This document shows positions 32,741 to 45,339 of a stretch of DNA of 63,415 nucleotides, one piece after another. This stretch comes from Guillardia theta CCMP2712 (Eukaryota; Protista; Cryptophyta). The position numbers and the translations under genes were made by a program. Under the pieces are notes generated by a model. It searched no databases. It was not told where the DNA came from and saw nothing but the letters and a program-made list of their open reading frames with translations. The stretch's first letter is position 1; each line of letters begins with the position of its first letter. The DNA lies in assembly GCF_000315625.1 (NCBI RefSeq), contig NW_005434538.1, positions 47,855 to 111,269 on the forward strand. The letters are read 5' to 3'.

Positions 32741-33402
32741 GAGACTAGGCTACTAGTCTGGATCGATGGGCCAGCCAGCCTCGTCAACGGCGCAAGATTT
32801 CGTGATAGGTTTGGATCTTTCGACAGCGCTAAGAAATCTACTGATCTTTCATTGACTGAAAATCGAAATGCAAACCGGAGCAAACAAGGAGGAAAAGGAG
32901 AAACCCTACAAATCCGCCTCAAGAAAAACACCAGGAAACGGAGGAGGCAGCAAAACCGCTACTCCAACCACGCAAGCGACGGCAAGAGATCACTTCTTAC
33001 TGAGGCGGGTTGTTACAAGTCCTTGGAGCCTCTTGGTACAAATGTTTTGAGGGGGTTATGTTGTTAGAGAGGTATTCGAGATATGCTGACATCTGACGGC
33101 TACAACCCCACCCCCACCCACTACCTGGGGGCAAAGGTTTTTAGGGAGGTAGTGGGGTGGACTTTCGTTTCGAAACAGGGTGGTGCAGAGGGGCCGTAAA
33201 CTGCTCGTGAATCTCTACTCGCGTCCAGATGCAAGTGAGGGGAAGTGGCGAGGAGGGAGGAAGCGAGGATGGGAGATAAACGCAGAAAAGAAATAGCGGA
33301 CAAACAAGAAGGAAATCTGAGCACTAATGAGGAGTCACGTGTTGCGTGTCTCGAGTGAGAGTTGATACAAGTAAAACTGCTTGCAGGTGACAGGCATTGA
33401 GA

Positions 33403-35448
33403 ATGAAGCTACTTTCTCGCACGATTGCGAAACTCTTCCTTTTAGGATTTTTGGTCTTGCTGCCATCAGTCCAAGCTCATGACCATGATGATCATGATCA
33501 TGACCATGATGATCATGATCATGATGACCATGATCATGACGAGCTGTGGCACGGACACGTTGAGTTAGGTAAACAAACCTACACATTGAATCTGCAACGA
33601 CCAGCAGCAGGAGAGGTATGCTGCTTCTAGACTCTTCATGTCCTCATGCCCATGTTTGACATATCTCTTCGTAGGACTACGTCGACACTTCTCTCAAGAT
33701 TGCCATCGTCAATCCTGCGGACGTGAAAAAAGCGAACGTGACATCAGATGCGCTGAAGTCAGCGATCCACGCCAAGTTTGATACTGAATTGAAGAGGTTT
33801 GAGCAAGGATCTGTGGTTGGCATGGGGTCCACAGACACATCATCTACGTTGCTGACCTCGATCCCTGTTGACTTGTTCGTGTTGGTTCCTGACCGGGATG
33901 CTTCCAACACTGTGATCAAGTTGTCCGTACCCAACGCAACCACGTACGGGATTTTCGCAAACCATCCCTTGTCCGAGTGGGAGGGGGCTTTGAAGTTCAT
34001 GATGGATAGCCGTTCAAATGAGGTCCTCCTTGAAGGGTCGACGACCTGTCAATCGTCCTTGTCTTCCTCTGCCGTGTGGGGACTGTCGATCTTGGGAGCG
34101 TTTATCGGAGCAGCCATGTCGCTTTCCGGTGTGCTGATTATCGTCCCTGTGCTCAAGATGGAGGAGCTGTGGATTCTCAAGTACCTCAACTGCCTGGCTG
34201 CTGGCGTGCTGCTCAGCTTTGTTCTCATCCATCTCATCCCCGAAGCTGGCCATCTGCATGGTGACGTGCACGAGGAGGCTGATGAAAACCTTGACTCGCC
34301 GTACTGCAGGCAGTTTAAGCTGGGAGGTCAGCACAACCGTGTTGGCTGGATTCTTTGCTGGTAAGCTTCACTTTGAGGTGCCGACCTTGCAATGATTGAT
34401 CATCAAGGGCTTCTGGTCGAGCATGGTATACACCTCTACTTCACTGCCTTCGGGAAGGAGCCGGTGACCGCCGCTTGTTATTTGATCCACCACGGTCGTC
34501 CTGATCGAGTCCCCAGGCAAGGATTGAAGGTGGGACCGGGACATCGCCTAGGAAAGGAGAGCTGGTCTTTGTCGATCAAGAAGCTCAAGATCACATGGCG
34601 CTGAGCAGTCAGAAAGCGCTGGACGGTGACGCTGTGCAAGACAAGCCAGTCGCATGGGGAAGGATCGGAAACATCCTGCTCGGAGATTTCTTCCACAACT
34701 TCTTCGATGGGGTATCAACGGCGATTGCTTTCAAGTACTGCGGCTCTGGTTTGCCAGCTGCAGCCCTCACGTTGAGCACGCGGTAATGGATGTCGTCAGG
34801 ACTAGGATGGGTTGTCGTTGGAGCAGCCGTCGCTCACGAGCTTCCGCAAGAGCTGGGCGACTTTGTAGTGCTGTACAACTCTGGCATGTCCGTCTTCCTT
34901 TGAAGTCACCTTGAGGGAGCAGTCTCACGTCATGCGCAGGTCCATCAAATGGGCTCTGATCAGCAACTTTCTCTCTTCGCTCTCGGCCTGTCTGGGGGTA
35001 CCCTGCTGTGGTGCTGAGGCTTCTCGGGGGTCTGACGGCAGCACCAGAGCATCGTCATCCTTGCCGCCACGGAGAGTGCTCATGAGAATATCAACCAAGA
35101 CATGGGTATATGTCTCGCGTTCGCAGCAGGGATCCTCCTCTACATCGCATCAGGTACAGCAACCTTGTTGTACGTCTTGTGCTTTGACATCTCTGACAAT
35201 CTCCTTGCGACATTGAAGGCCTTGTACTGGACATGGTCAAAGTGGACGATGTGCGATCAGCTATGACATGCTGGCTGGTATGTGCTCGCATGAGCAAGAC
35301 GACTAGTGTGCAACACGGACTGACACGCTGGGTGGGCCAGATGTTTATCGTCGGGGCGGTTGCGCTTGGGCTGACAGCCCTCAATCATATCCACTGCGAA
35401 TGCTTCGGAGATCATTCGGGTCATGAGCATCACGGTCACGCTCACTGA
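33403..35448 (+). CDS. ZIP (SLC39, LIV-1-type) zinc/metal transporter, copy 1
   Basis: Signal peptide, (HDHDD)n ectodomain, CLAAGVLLSFVLIHLIPEA, GDFFHNFFDG (TM4), AHELPQELGDF (TM5), FAAGILLYIA, His-rich C-terminus; several short GT-AG introns. Confidence 0.92.
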
Positions 35449-35803
35449 TGGAGGAGGGTGGCGGACGCGGAGCCTCATGACCATCTGCTTGGCTGTGCTC
35501 CCACAAGCCTCTTGCAACGGCCGAAGACGCTGATCAATCACGACTGTCTGTCTGCCTATGGAAGATCTGCAAGTGCAAGCTGGCATCCCCGGCTGTGAAG
35601 CAATAGTGAGTGCGTGTGTTTATGTGTGTGCGTGTGTGTAGAGTAAGCCTCCTAGTCTTTATTCTTGTAATACAAGAATCAGGAGCCATGACTTCCATCC
35701 AGCATCTTACGTTGAGAGCCTCTTGGTACAGATGTTTTAGTTATCAAAGGGGCTCTAGCACATTCGAAGGTGGCAGAGGGGGTTATATGTTTTAGAGGGA
35801 GAG

Positions 35804-35955
35804 GGCTCACGCGAAATTACTATTGTAACCTTCTACATGATTGTACTTACAATACGTTGGAACCAACTCGGTATGTATCTGGTCTCGGATCAATTTAAGG
35901 ACTGCGCCCTACAAGACTGAGCCTGCCTCAGAACAAGCAGTACGCCGCAAAAAAA
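35804..35955 (+). mobile_element. ~150-bp insertion ending in A7 and flanked by GAGAG direct repeats (SINE-like or truncated retro-copy); present upstream of ZIP copies 2-4, absent upstream of copy 1
   Basis: GAGAG(35799-35803)-GGCTCACGCG...CCGCAAAAAAA-GAGAG(35956-35960). The copy 1 equivalent at ~33067 reads GTTAGAGAGGTATTCGAG with no insert. Confidence 0.45.
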
Positions 35956-36291
35956 GAGAGATACTCGAGATATGCTGACATCTGACGGCTACAACCCCAC
36001 CCCCACCCACTAGCTGGGGGCAAAGGTTTTTAGGGAGGTAGTGGGGTAGACTTTCGTTTCGAAACAGGGTGGTGCAGAGGGGCCGTAAACTGCTCGTGAA
36101 TCTCTACTCGCGTCCAGATCCAAGTGAGGGGAAGTGGCGAGGAGGGAGGAAGCGAGGATGGGAGATAAACGCAGAAAAGAAATAGCGGACAAACAAGAAG
36201 GAAATCTGAGCACTAATGAGGAGTCACGTGTTGCGTGTCTCGAGTGAGAGTTGATACAAGTAAAACTGCTTGCAGGTGACAGGCATTGAGA

Positions 36292-38316
36292 ATGAAGCTA
36301 CTTTCTCGCACGATTGCGAAACTCTTCCTTTTAGGATTTTTGGTCTTGCTGCCATCAGTCCAAGCTCATGACCATGATGATCATGATCATGATGATCATG
36401 ATCATGACGAGCTGTGGCACGGACACGTTGAGTTAGGTAAACAAACCTACACATTGAATCTGCAACGACCAGCAGCAGGAGAGGTATGCTGCTTCTAGAC
36501 TCTTCATGTCCTCATGCCCATGTTTGACATATCTCTTCGTAGGACTACGTCGACACTTCTCTCAAGATTGCCATCGTCAATCCTGCGGACGTGAAAAAAG
36601 CGAACGTGACATCAGATGCGCTGAAGTCAGCGATCCACGCCAAGTTTGATACTGATTTGAAGAGGTTTGAGCAAGGATCTGTGGTTGGCATGGGGTCCAC
36701 AGACACATCATCTACGTTGCTGACCTCGATCCCTGTTGACTTGTTCGTGTTGGTTCCTGACCGGGATGCTTCCAACACTGTGATCAAGTTATTAGTACCC
36801 AACGCAACCACGTACGGGATTTTCGCAAACCATCCCTTGTCCGAGTGGGAGGGGGCTTTGAAGTTCATGATGGATAGCCGTTCAAATGAGGTCCTCCTTG
36901 AAGGGTCGACGACCTGTCAATCGTCCTTGTCTTCCTCTGCCGTGTGGGGACTGTCGATCTTGGGAGCGTTTATCGGAGCAGCCATGTCGCTTTCCGGTGT
37001 GCTGATTATCGTCCCTGTGCTCAAGATGGAGGAGCTGTGGATTCTCAAGTACCTCAACTGCCTGGCTGCTGGCGTGCTGCTCAGCTTTGTTCTCATCCAT
37101 CTCATCCCCGAAGCTGGCCATCTGCATGGTGACGTGCACGAGGAGGCTGATGAAAACCTTGACTCGCCGTACTGCAGGCAGCTTAAGCTGGGAGGTCAGC
37201 ACAACCGTGTTGGCTGGATTCTTTGCTGGTAAGCTTCACTTTGAGGTGCCGACCTTGCAATGATTGATCATCAAGGGCTTCTGGTCGAGCATGGTATACA
37301 CCTCTACTTCACTGCCTACGGGAAGGAGCCGGTGACCGCCGCTTGTTATTTGATCCACCACGGTCGTCCTGATCGAGTCCCCAGGCAAGGATTGAAGGTG
37401 GGACCGGGACATCGCCTAGGAAAGGAGAGCTGGTCTTTGTCGATCAAGAAGCTCAAGATCACATGGCGCTGAGCAGTCAGAAAGCGCTGGACGGTGACGC
37501 TGTGCAAGACAAGCCAGTCGCATGGGGAAGGATCGGAAACATCCTGCTCGGAGATTTCTTCCACAACTTCTTCGATGGGGTATCAACGGCGATTGCTTTC
37601 AAGTACTGCGGCTCTGGTTTGCCAGCTGCAGCCCTCACGTTGAGCACGCGATAATGGATGTCGTCAGGACTAGGATGGGTTGTAGTTGGAGCAGCCGTCG
37701 CTCACGAGCTTCCGCAAGAGCTGGGCGACTTTGTAGTGCTGTACAACTCTGGCATGTCCGTCTTCCTTTGAAGTCACCTTGAGGGAGCAGTCTCACGTCA
37801 TGCGCAGGTCCATCAAATGGGCTCTGATCAGCAACTTTCTCTCTTCGCTCTCGGCCTGTCTGGGGGTACCCTGCTGTGGTGCTGAGGCTTCTCGGGGGTC
37901 TGACGGCAGCACCAGAGCATCGTCATCCTTGCCGCCACGGAGAGTGCTCATGAGAATATCAACCAAGACATGGGTATATGTCTCGCGTTCGCAGCAGGGA
38001 TCCTCCTCTACATCGCATCAGGTACAGCAACCTTGTTGTACGTCTTGTGCTTTGACATCTCTGACAATCTCCTTGCGACATTGAAGGCCTTGTACTGGAC
38101 ATGGTCAAAGTGGACGATGTGCGATCAGCTATGACATGCTGGCTGGTATGTGCTCGCATGAGCAAGACGACTAGTGTGCAACACGGACTGACACGCTGGG
38201 TGGGCCAGATGTTTATCGTCGGGGCGGTTGCGCTTGGGCTGACAGCCCTCAATCATATCCACTGCGAATGCTTCGGAGATCATTCGGGTCATGAGCATCA
38301 CGGTCACGCTCACTGA
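36292..38316 (+). CDS. ZIP metal transporter, copy 2 (His/Asp tract 7 aa shorter)
   Basis: Near-identical to copy 1; first-exon ORF is 70 aa versus 77 aa. Confidence 0.92.
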
Positions 38317-38912
38317 TGGAGGAGGGTGGCGGACGCGGAGCCTCATGACCATCTGCTTGGCTGTGCTCCCACAAGCCTCTTGCAACGGCCGAAGACGCTG
38401 ATCAATCACGACTGTCTGTCTGCCTATGGAAGATCTGCAAGTGCAAGCTGGCATCCCCGGCTGTGAAGCAATAGTGAGTGCGTGTGTTTATGTGTGTGCG
38501 TGTGTGTAGAGTAAGCCTCCTAGTCTTTATTCGTGTAATACAAGAATCAGGAGCCATGACTTCCATCCAGCATCTTACGTTGAGAGCCTCTTGGTACAGA
38601 TGTTTTAGTTATCAAAGGGGCTCTAGCACATTCGAAGGTGGCAGAGGGGGTTATATGTTTTAGAGGGAGAGGGCTCACGCGAAATTACTATTGTAACCTT
38701 CTACATGATTGTACTTACAATACGTTGGAACCAATATCCACGAACAAAGGAATACAAAAAGACTCTACGATAAGATTCCAAGGACAGCCGAGTTTAAGGG
38801 CTCTTGGTCTTTGTGCGTCGAATTGACAACGAGTTTGAAGGCTCTTTAAGTTATACTGTACGCTGTTACTCATTTTTTTTGGAACGGTATTGGTAACTCC
38901 AAGTTGACGATC

Positions 38913-40262
38913 ATGAGCATGCCAGATCTGCAAGAGGAGTTGAAACGAAGCCATGGTGATGTTCAGGTCGACAAGCTGAAGCATGGGAAGGTTACCTCCA
39001 AGGAAAAACTCGAGGACCTGTTCCTTCCTTTCTCAGGTGCCATGAGTCGTTTTCGTCCGAATCTTGGGGCTTGTTTCTTAAAACTGTTGGACTTGTTTCC
39101 GATTGACGAGACTGGATCGTTTGTTGGAGAATTTCATGAAATGTGGGAGTCGTCTCCAGAAGGTCTAGAAAAATTCTCTTCGCTGGAGTGGAAGATTCAG
39201 GTCACGGCGTTGTTTCTGCATGCTGGGTACATTTGGAAGAATGGGAAGAAATTCAAGGATGCTCTTGAGAAGTTTAAGAAGTTGCGAGGAAAATTCGAGG
39301 AGGCAATCGCAGCCAGCGAGGATGTGAATGATGGTGCTTCAGAGGATGGAGAGATGGGTAATCCACTCGATACATCTGTGGTTTTCTCTCCACACAAGTA
39401 CCAAATATCACCGAGGTTGTTCAGATCCTCAGCTGATCGACAGGAGGTGGAAGTCTTATTTGAGGATATTGCTGAGGTACTTGTCAGCACGAACAGTTAT
39501 TTTCGAGTTAAGCTAAAGGATGATTTCGACATAGAGTGGCAGATGTCAGGAGGAGGCAACTATCCTTTGGCATTCTTCAAAACTTTGGCACTGGTACGCT
39601 GGAATGTAAAGCAACGAAGTGGAGCTGAGCTTATCGAGCTTACTGAGGACGAAGGGAGAGATCAGCTCAGAGCGCTAGCGAAACAGCCACTTGAGTCTGA
39701 AGAAGCCTTCTGGAGGAACGTGGACAAAATCAAGCTACTGTTTAAGAATCTCAAGGATAGTATTCAAGGTGTTGTGGGGGCACACCAAAGGATGGGGCCG
39801 TTAGAGATCCAGATCGCTGAACTCTTGCATGCCAGGTGTAAAGAATCGACTTGTGAATCGTTGCAGTCATTGGCATTGAATAGAGAATTGCGAAATTGGA
39901 AGAAGAGTAATATGAGACCAGAAAAGATTTCTCTCGACGAAATATTCCACTGGGGGCGCATCTTAAAAACTAGAAGCAAGACGACTACGACCGTGACGCC
40001 CGCGATGGATGCGAAGGGAGACGTGTCAGTGGTGAATATCACTGTGGCAAGTGAACCGTTGGTACCGAATGAACCGCAGGCTGTCGGAGAAGTTGCAGTG
40101 GGCAAGAAGAGATCCTCGGGGTCAGGCGAAAATAGTGGTCAAGCGGATTCGGGAGAGAATTCTCACGTCGATCCCAAATGGTATGGTAATTACCCAGTTC
40201 GTGGGAGTATACCTCCATCATATCCCCAAGGTATCATGTTTCCCAGCCAAGACCCGTTTTTT
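38913..40262 (+). CDS. Gag-like protein (N-terminal part), continuing into the pol frame by a +1 shift at a T6 run
   Basis: Long intronless, helical-looking ORF upstream of and overlapping pol. The Pro/Gln/Tyr-rich composition continues across the frame switch at CCG TTT TTT CAA (40254-40265). Confidence 0.7.
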
Positions 40263-43200
40263 CAATTTCTATGCTCAAGGTCAACCCTCTTTGTATCCAT
40301 TTCCTATCCAAGGTCCGGTCGGGAACGTCCCAACGTTTTACCAGGCTTCTGGTCAAGCTCCTTCAGGACCTGGTAGGACGGGACAAGATCAGGCGGCGTT
40401 TGACCCTAGCTCATACCGTGGTGGTTTCCCTGGCCGCGGAGGCGAGGGGGACGGCGGACCTAACCATACGGGTTACCGTGGCAGGGGAAGGCGGAATCAG
40501 GATGGGTACCATAATGGAGGGAGAGGAAGTTTTAAAGGAGGCTATGGAAGAGGTCAGGGTGGACAGAAAGGACATGGAGGCAAAGGTTGGAAGGGTGGTC
40601 GAGGTCATGGAAATTTCAATCACAACCACAACTACAATAACAACAACTACAATCAAAATAATGGCAACTACAAAAATCAGCGGTTTAACCCTCGAGGGGT
40701 TGAAAGTGAACAACCGTCATCTGTCTTGCAGAATTTGTTGTCAGGGGGAGTTGTGGACGCTGAAACCACGCGCAAGATGGGGGAAGCGTTGATTCAGGCA
40801 GCTCAACGCATGGCAGCGAATGCTTCTTCAAGTTCACACAGTCACCAGCAGAAGGCTGACGCAGACGGCCAGCGGAATGAGTCAGAAAAGAAATCTTCTG
40901 TTCCTGCAAATCCATTTGAACGCTCATCGGCCCAGAATGCAACGGAATCTGCATCACAGGCTAATCGACGGCAAGGAGCGTGGAAAGCAAATTTCACATT
41001 TGGTCTCGATTCCACGTCTACCATCGAGGAATTGCAGGAAATTGCATTGCAGGTAAAGGAGAAAGAAGGAGCTGGAGGCCATACGTTCTTGCTGGACTCT
41101 GGTGCTAATATCTCCATGGTCAAGGAAGAGTCTATGTTGTTTGATGTCCAAGCTGGACCTGAATTTCAGGTGCTTACCGCTGGAGGTACTGTCGTCTGTG
41201 ATAAGGTTGGAAAATTACGACTGCAACTGGTTTGTCCAACAACTAACACCTGTCTGGACGAGATTATTGTCAACGTTCGCGTATGCCCGCTTGTCCCGAT
41301 ATCGTTGCTTAGCTTGGATGATGTTCTTGGGACTGACTACCACATGTTATCACGGGGCTCCAGGAGTGCCCTAAAGTCTTACATTTGCTCAGAAGATGGT
41401 GCATTGAAAATCGATGTATTCCAACGAGATAGGTTGTACTTTTTGCAGACGGTTCTCATGGGAGATGGGAAGATTAGTGTGGCGTGCAACAGTACAACCT
41501 CTTGCGCTGATACGAGCAATGGTGATAATTACAGTGGGGGTCCATCAAGTTTAGTGACTCTCAAGCCAGAGGAGAACATGTGTGAGCAGTCCCGATTGTC
41601 AGCTGCGACAGAATCGGCCATCTGGCACCTTCGGCTCGGACATCTGGAAGCAAAGATTCAAAAATTACTAGCCGATTCGGTGAAGTATATCACGTACGAC
41701 AGGCGCCTAAAGAAATCTCCTTGTCACACCTGTAGAATAGCAAAGTTCGTCTCACGGCCGATCCATCGACAGTCGGATTTCCGACAGGAGCGGGCATCAG
41801 AGGTCAATCAAGTCTGGCATATGGATTTGAAAGACATAATTGTACAATCCGAGCCTGGTGGTTATAGATATTTCTTGATCATTGTGGACGTCTTTTCGGG
41901 ATTTGTGCGAGTAAGACCTATGCGCACGAAGAGTCAGACGACTGCTATCCTCAAGGAAATACTGTTACAAGAGGATCGTGACAGCTCTCGTCCTAAGGTA
42001 CAGAAGATTGTATCTGACAACGGTTCAGAATTCAGCTCTGTGGAGCTGGAGAGCTTTTTCGTTGATCATGGGATACGACATGACAAAATTCCAGAGTACT
42101 CTCAGGTCTACAATGCGTTCGCTGAACGTGGAATCAGAAGCGTAATGTCCATTCATCGGACGTTACTACGTCAGAGCGGAGTACCCCGGAGCAAATGGGA
42201 ATATTCCGTACAGCAGGCAGTTTTACTGTACAACATTCTGCCTAGTGGACGAAATCTAGGGTATTCCTCACCATACTTGATATATACAACCGAGCAGTTT
42301 GACTATCGCAAGCTCAAGGTTTTTGGGTGCAGCACCTTCTTCAAGAATGAACTACGCACGTCAAAGGTGGATGATCCAGCAATTCATGGTTTAAATCTGG
42401 GAAACGCGTGCGCTTTCTCTGGATATAAGGTGGGGTATTTGGTTTGGGATATCGAGCATGATAGAATCGTCCATACGAATAATCTTACGTTTGACGAGAT
42501 GTATTTTCCATTACGTTGCCGACGTTTTCAGGCATCTAATGTGGAGGATGAATTGTTGAAGGAACTAGTACCTTGTGCACCAGTGGCATCTGACGACGAC
42601 GAAGACTCCTCGGAAAATGCGAGTGAAACAGAATTGCAAATTCCTGAGGAAGTTGCAACGTCTGGCAGGAAGCGACACTGTCAGGGAGGCTCTGGTCCTG
42701 ACGCAAGTGAAGTTTCCGCGAGCAAGCGCCTCCAATTGGAATTTCCACCTTCCTCGGTCCAAGGCCTGACATCTGGAGATCAACGGGAGGATACAGGAGA
42801 GCATCGGTTGAGGGATGATACCGAATATGTGCCTGACGGTGCAATGTCTCCAGTTCCTCCAGCAGGCAGAAGAACACGGAGGGATTTCAAGGCGGAGCGA
42901 GGGGTCTTGGAAAGCAAATATGTCAATCGAGATGTCGAAGTTCTTGTAAATGGTCAAGTAGAGCAAGGCAAAATTTTGCAGATGGTTTTCAAGGAGGGAA
43001 AGTTTCTCGCGCGGATTGTTTTCCCAACTCTCGACAATTACTGGGTGTTACGGTCTGTCACTGATCCTGACATCAAGTTTTTGGAACAAACCGAACAGAA
43101 GGCAATGGTGGTGCTTAGAAGTGGGGAGACAATATCAGAGGTCTGCATGTTAGCAGATTATTACTCGTGCAGCTTTCCACCGAACGTCTTTGGTGATATG

Positions 43201-45339
43201 ACCGACCATACCAAAGTTTTTAAACCCTGTCTTGATCGTGCAGCGGATGAGATCATGGATGTTGTCGAAGCTACAGTTGGGGGTTCGCCTGAAGTGGTTG
43301 TACTTTCCCAGCACAAGCAATTTTCGCAGTATCTGCAAGTTACACATATTGTGCAGGGGTCGACTGAATCTGAAGAGATCTTGTATGTTTGGGACAGGGG
43401 GGAAGACAGGACAAGCCTTCAGCCAGCATCCCAGCGTTTTGTTCCAGTATGGAGGGATGAGATGTACAAAACTCGTTTACAGCATGTCGATCCTGTGTCA
43501 TCTGCCCCACAGGTCAGTGCTAATGTGGACCCTACTTTCAGGGATACGCGTCTTCTTGTGGCGAATCTAGCGTTGGTCTCTCCCGTATGGGACGCGGTGG
43601 AGCTGGCGTCTGACCTGTTATCTCTGATGTCTTCCGACCGTGACAATCCAGCTGCAATGCCTGAGAATCAGGCAGATTACGCGATGACAGCGGCTTGCGA
43701 TGCAGGAGATGTGGAGAACGAAAGTAGTTTTGACAAGTTACCAGATCCCAAGACAAGGTCAGAGATGTTACGTCGTCCGGATCGGCATCTTTGGGAGCAG
43801 GCTGAAAAGGAGGAAATTGCGAAGATCGAAAGTCGTGGGGTCTGGGAAGTTGTTACGCGTGATCAGAAAAACAGGGAGTCAAATCATTCTGTACTTGCTC
43901 GCGCCTTGTGGGTGTATGCTTCAAAACGAGACTTGAAGGGCAAGATCTTGAAACGAAAGGGGCGGCTAGTTATCATGGGCAACTTACTTCCTTCATCTGA
44001 AGAATTGTTTGCACCGACTACATCGTTGGACAATATCCGGCTCTTGCTGAGCATCGCGGCAGGCAACCGTTGGAGAATCACATTCAGGGATATCTCTGCT
44101 GCTTTCTTGTATGGTGACTTGGAGGTTCCTGTGTATTTGATTCCTCCAGATATCATGAGTCTTCCTCCTGAGTGCCTCCTCAAAGTCTTGAAGTCGCTCT
44201 ATGGACTTCGCATTGCACCAAGGAGATGGTATCTTAAGTTCACGCAGGTGTTGAAGACGGTGGGAGCAAGTGGGATAGGACATGATGAGATCATCTACCG
44301 ATACTCCAACTGTGCGGGGGACGTCTTGCTTCTGACTGTCTTCGTGGATGACTTACTCATTGTCTCTCAAACTGAAGCAATTAAGATTGAGTTTCTTGAG
44401 AAGCTCAACACAGTATTCGACTTTTCGGGGAGTGAGGCAACAGGTACCTTCTTGGGCATTAAAATAGAACAGAATGACGATCAGGGTCGGATAACTTTGT
44501 CACAACAGCATTTCATTGAAAAGATTGTTGAACGCTTTGAAATCGTTGCCAGAGGTGTCAAAACGGTATTACCTGGTCACTATCTCAAGACTTATCACTT
44601 GGAGGGTAAGTTGTTGAACAAGAAGGAAGTCCGCACTTATCTGAGTCTTCTGGGGTCCATTCTCTACGTGGCAAATTGTACGCGGGTTGATATCGCATTC
44701 GCGACGAGCGTCCTTAGTCGCTTTGCTCGGGCTCCTAGGCAGTGCGATATGGATGCCTTAATTCATCTTCTACAGTACCTTTACACTACTCGGGAGGTTC
44801 AGATCGTATACCATTGTCACGGAGTATCTTACCACCAGGAGTGTTTTGTCAATGAGATGATTGCATTCAGTGATGCTGGTTGGGGTACCGAGATTATTAC
44901 GAGACGGAGTCAAAGCGGATATGGAATCGTTCTGAATGGTGGGGTAGTCGTCTTCGGTTCAAAAATGCAGAAGGTTGTTGCCCTGAGTTCTTCAGAAGCT
45001 GAAATTTATGCTGCCACCACATGCGCGAAACTAGTCAAGCTTTATAGAAATCTCTTGGGTCAGATGGGATTTACGCAGACTCGTCCTACTCTCTTGCTGA
45101 TCGACAATGAACCATGTCTGAGGCTTTTGTGGGACAAGCGAAGTTATAGTCGACTCAAACACATTGATATTCGAACGAAGTATGCTGTTGATTTGGTAGA
45201 AAAGGACGAGCTCTATCCAGAAAAGATTCATACTTCTTATCAGCCTGGTGATTTGCTGACGAAAGTTCTGCCTTTGAATCGGTGGAGGCTCCTTGGTGAA
45301 TTTCTCTTCGGAGACCCCTTACCGGATATGCTGCTCTGA
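40263..45339 (+). CDS. pol: Gag C-terminus + Pol polyprotein (aspartic protease, integrase, reverse transcriptase, RNase H)
   Basis: FLLDSGAN (PR); WHLRLGH...CHTC (HHCC); WHMD, SDNGSE, NAFAER (DDE); RDISAAFLYG, LKSLYGLR, FVDDLL (RT); AFSDAGW, SSSEAE, IDN, KHIDIR (RNase H). No internal stops. Confidence 0.97.

Noticed and set aside
38584-38734. Possible 5' LTR of the Copia element (also at ~35716 and ~50282)
   Set aside because: It is part of the ZIP tandem unit spacer, lies outside the TSD and occurs in units with no element.
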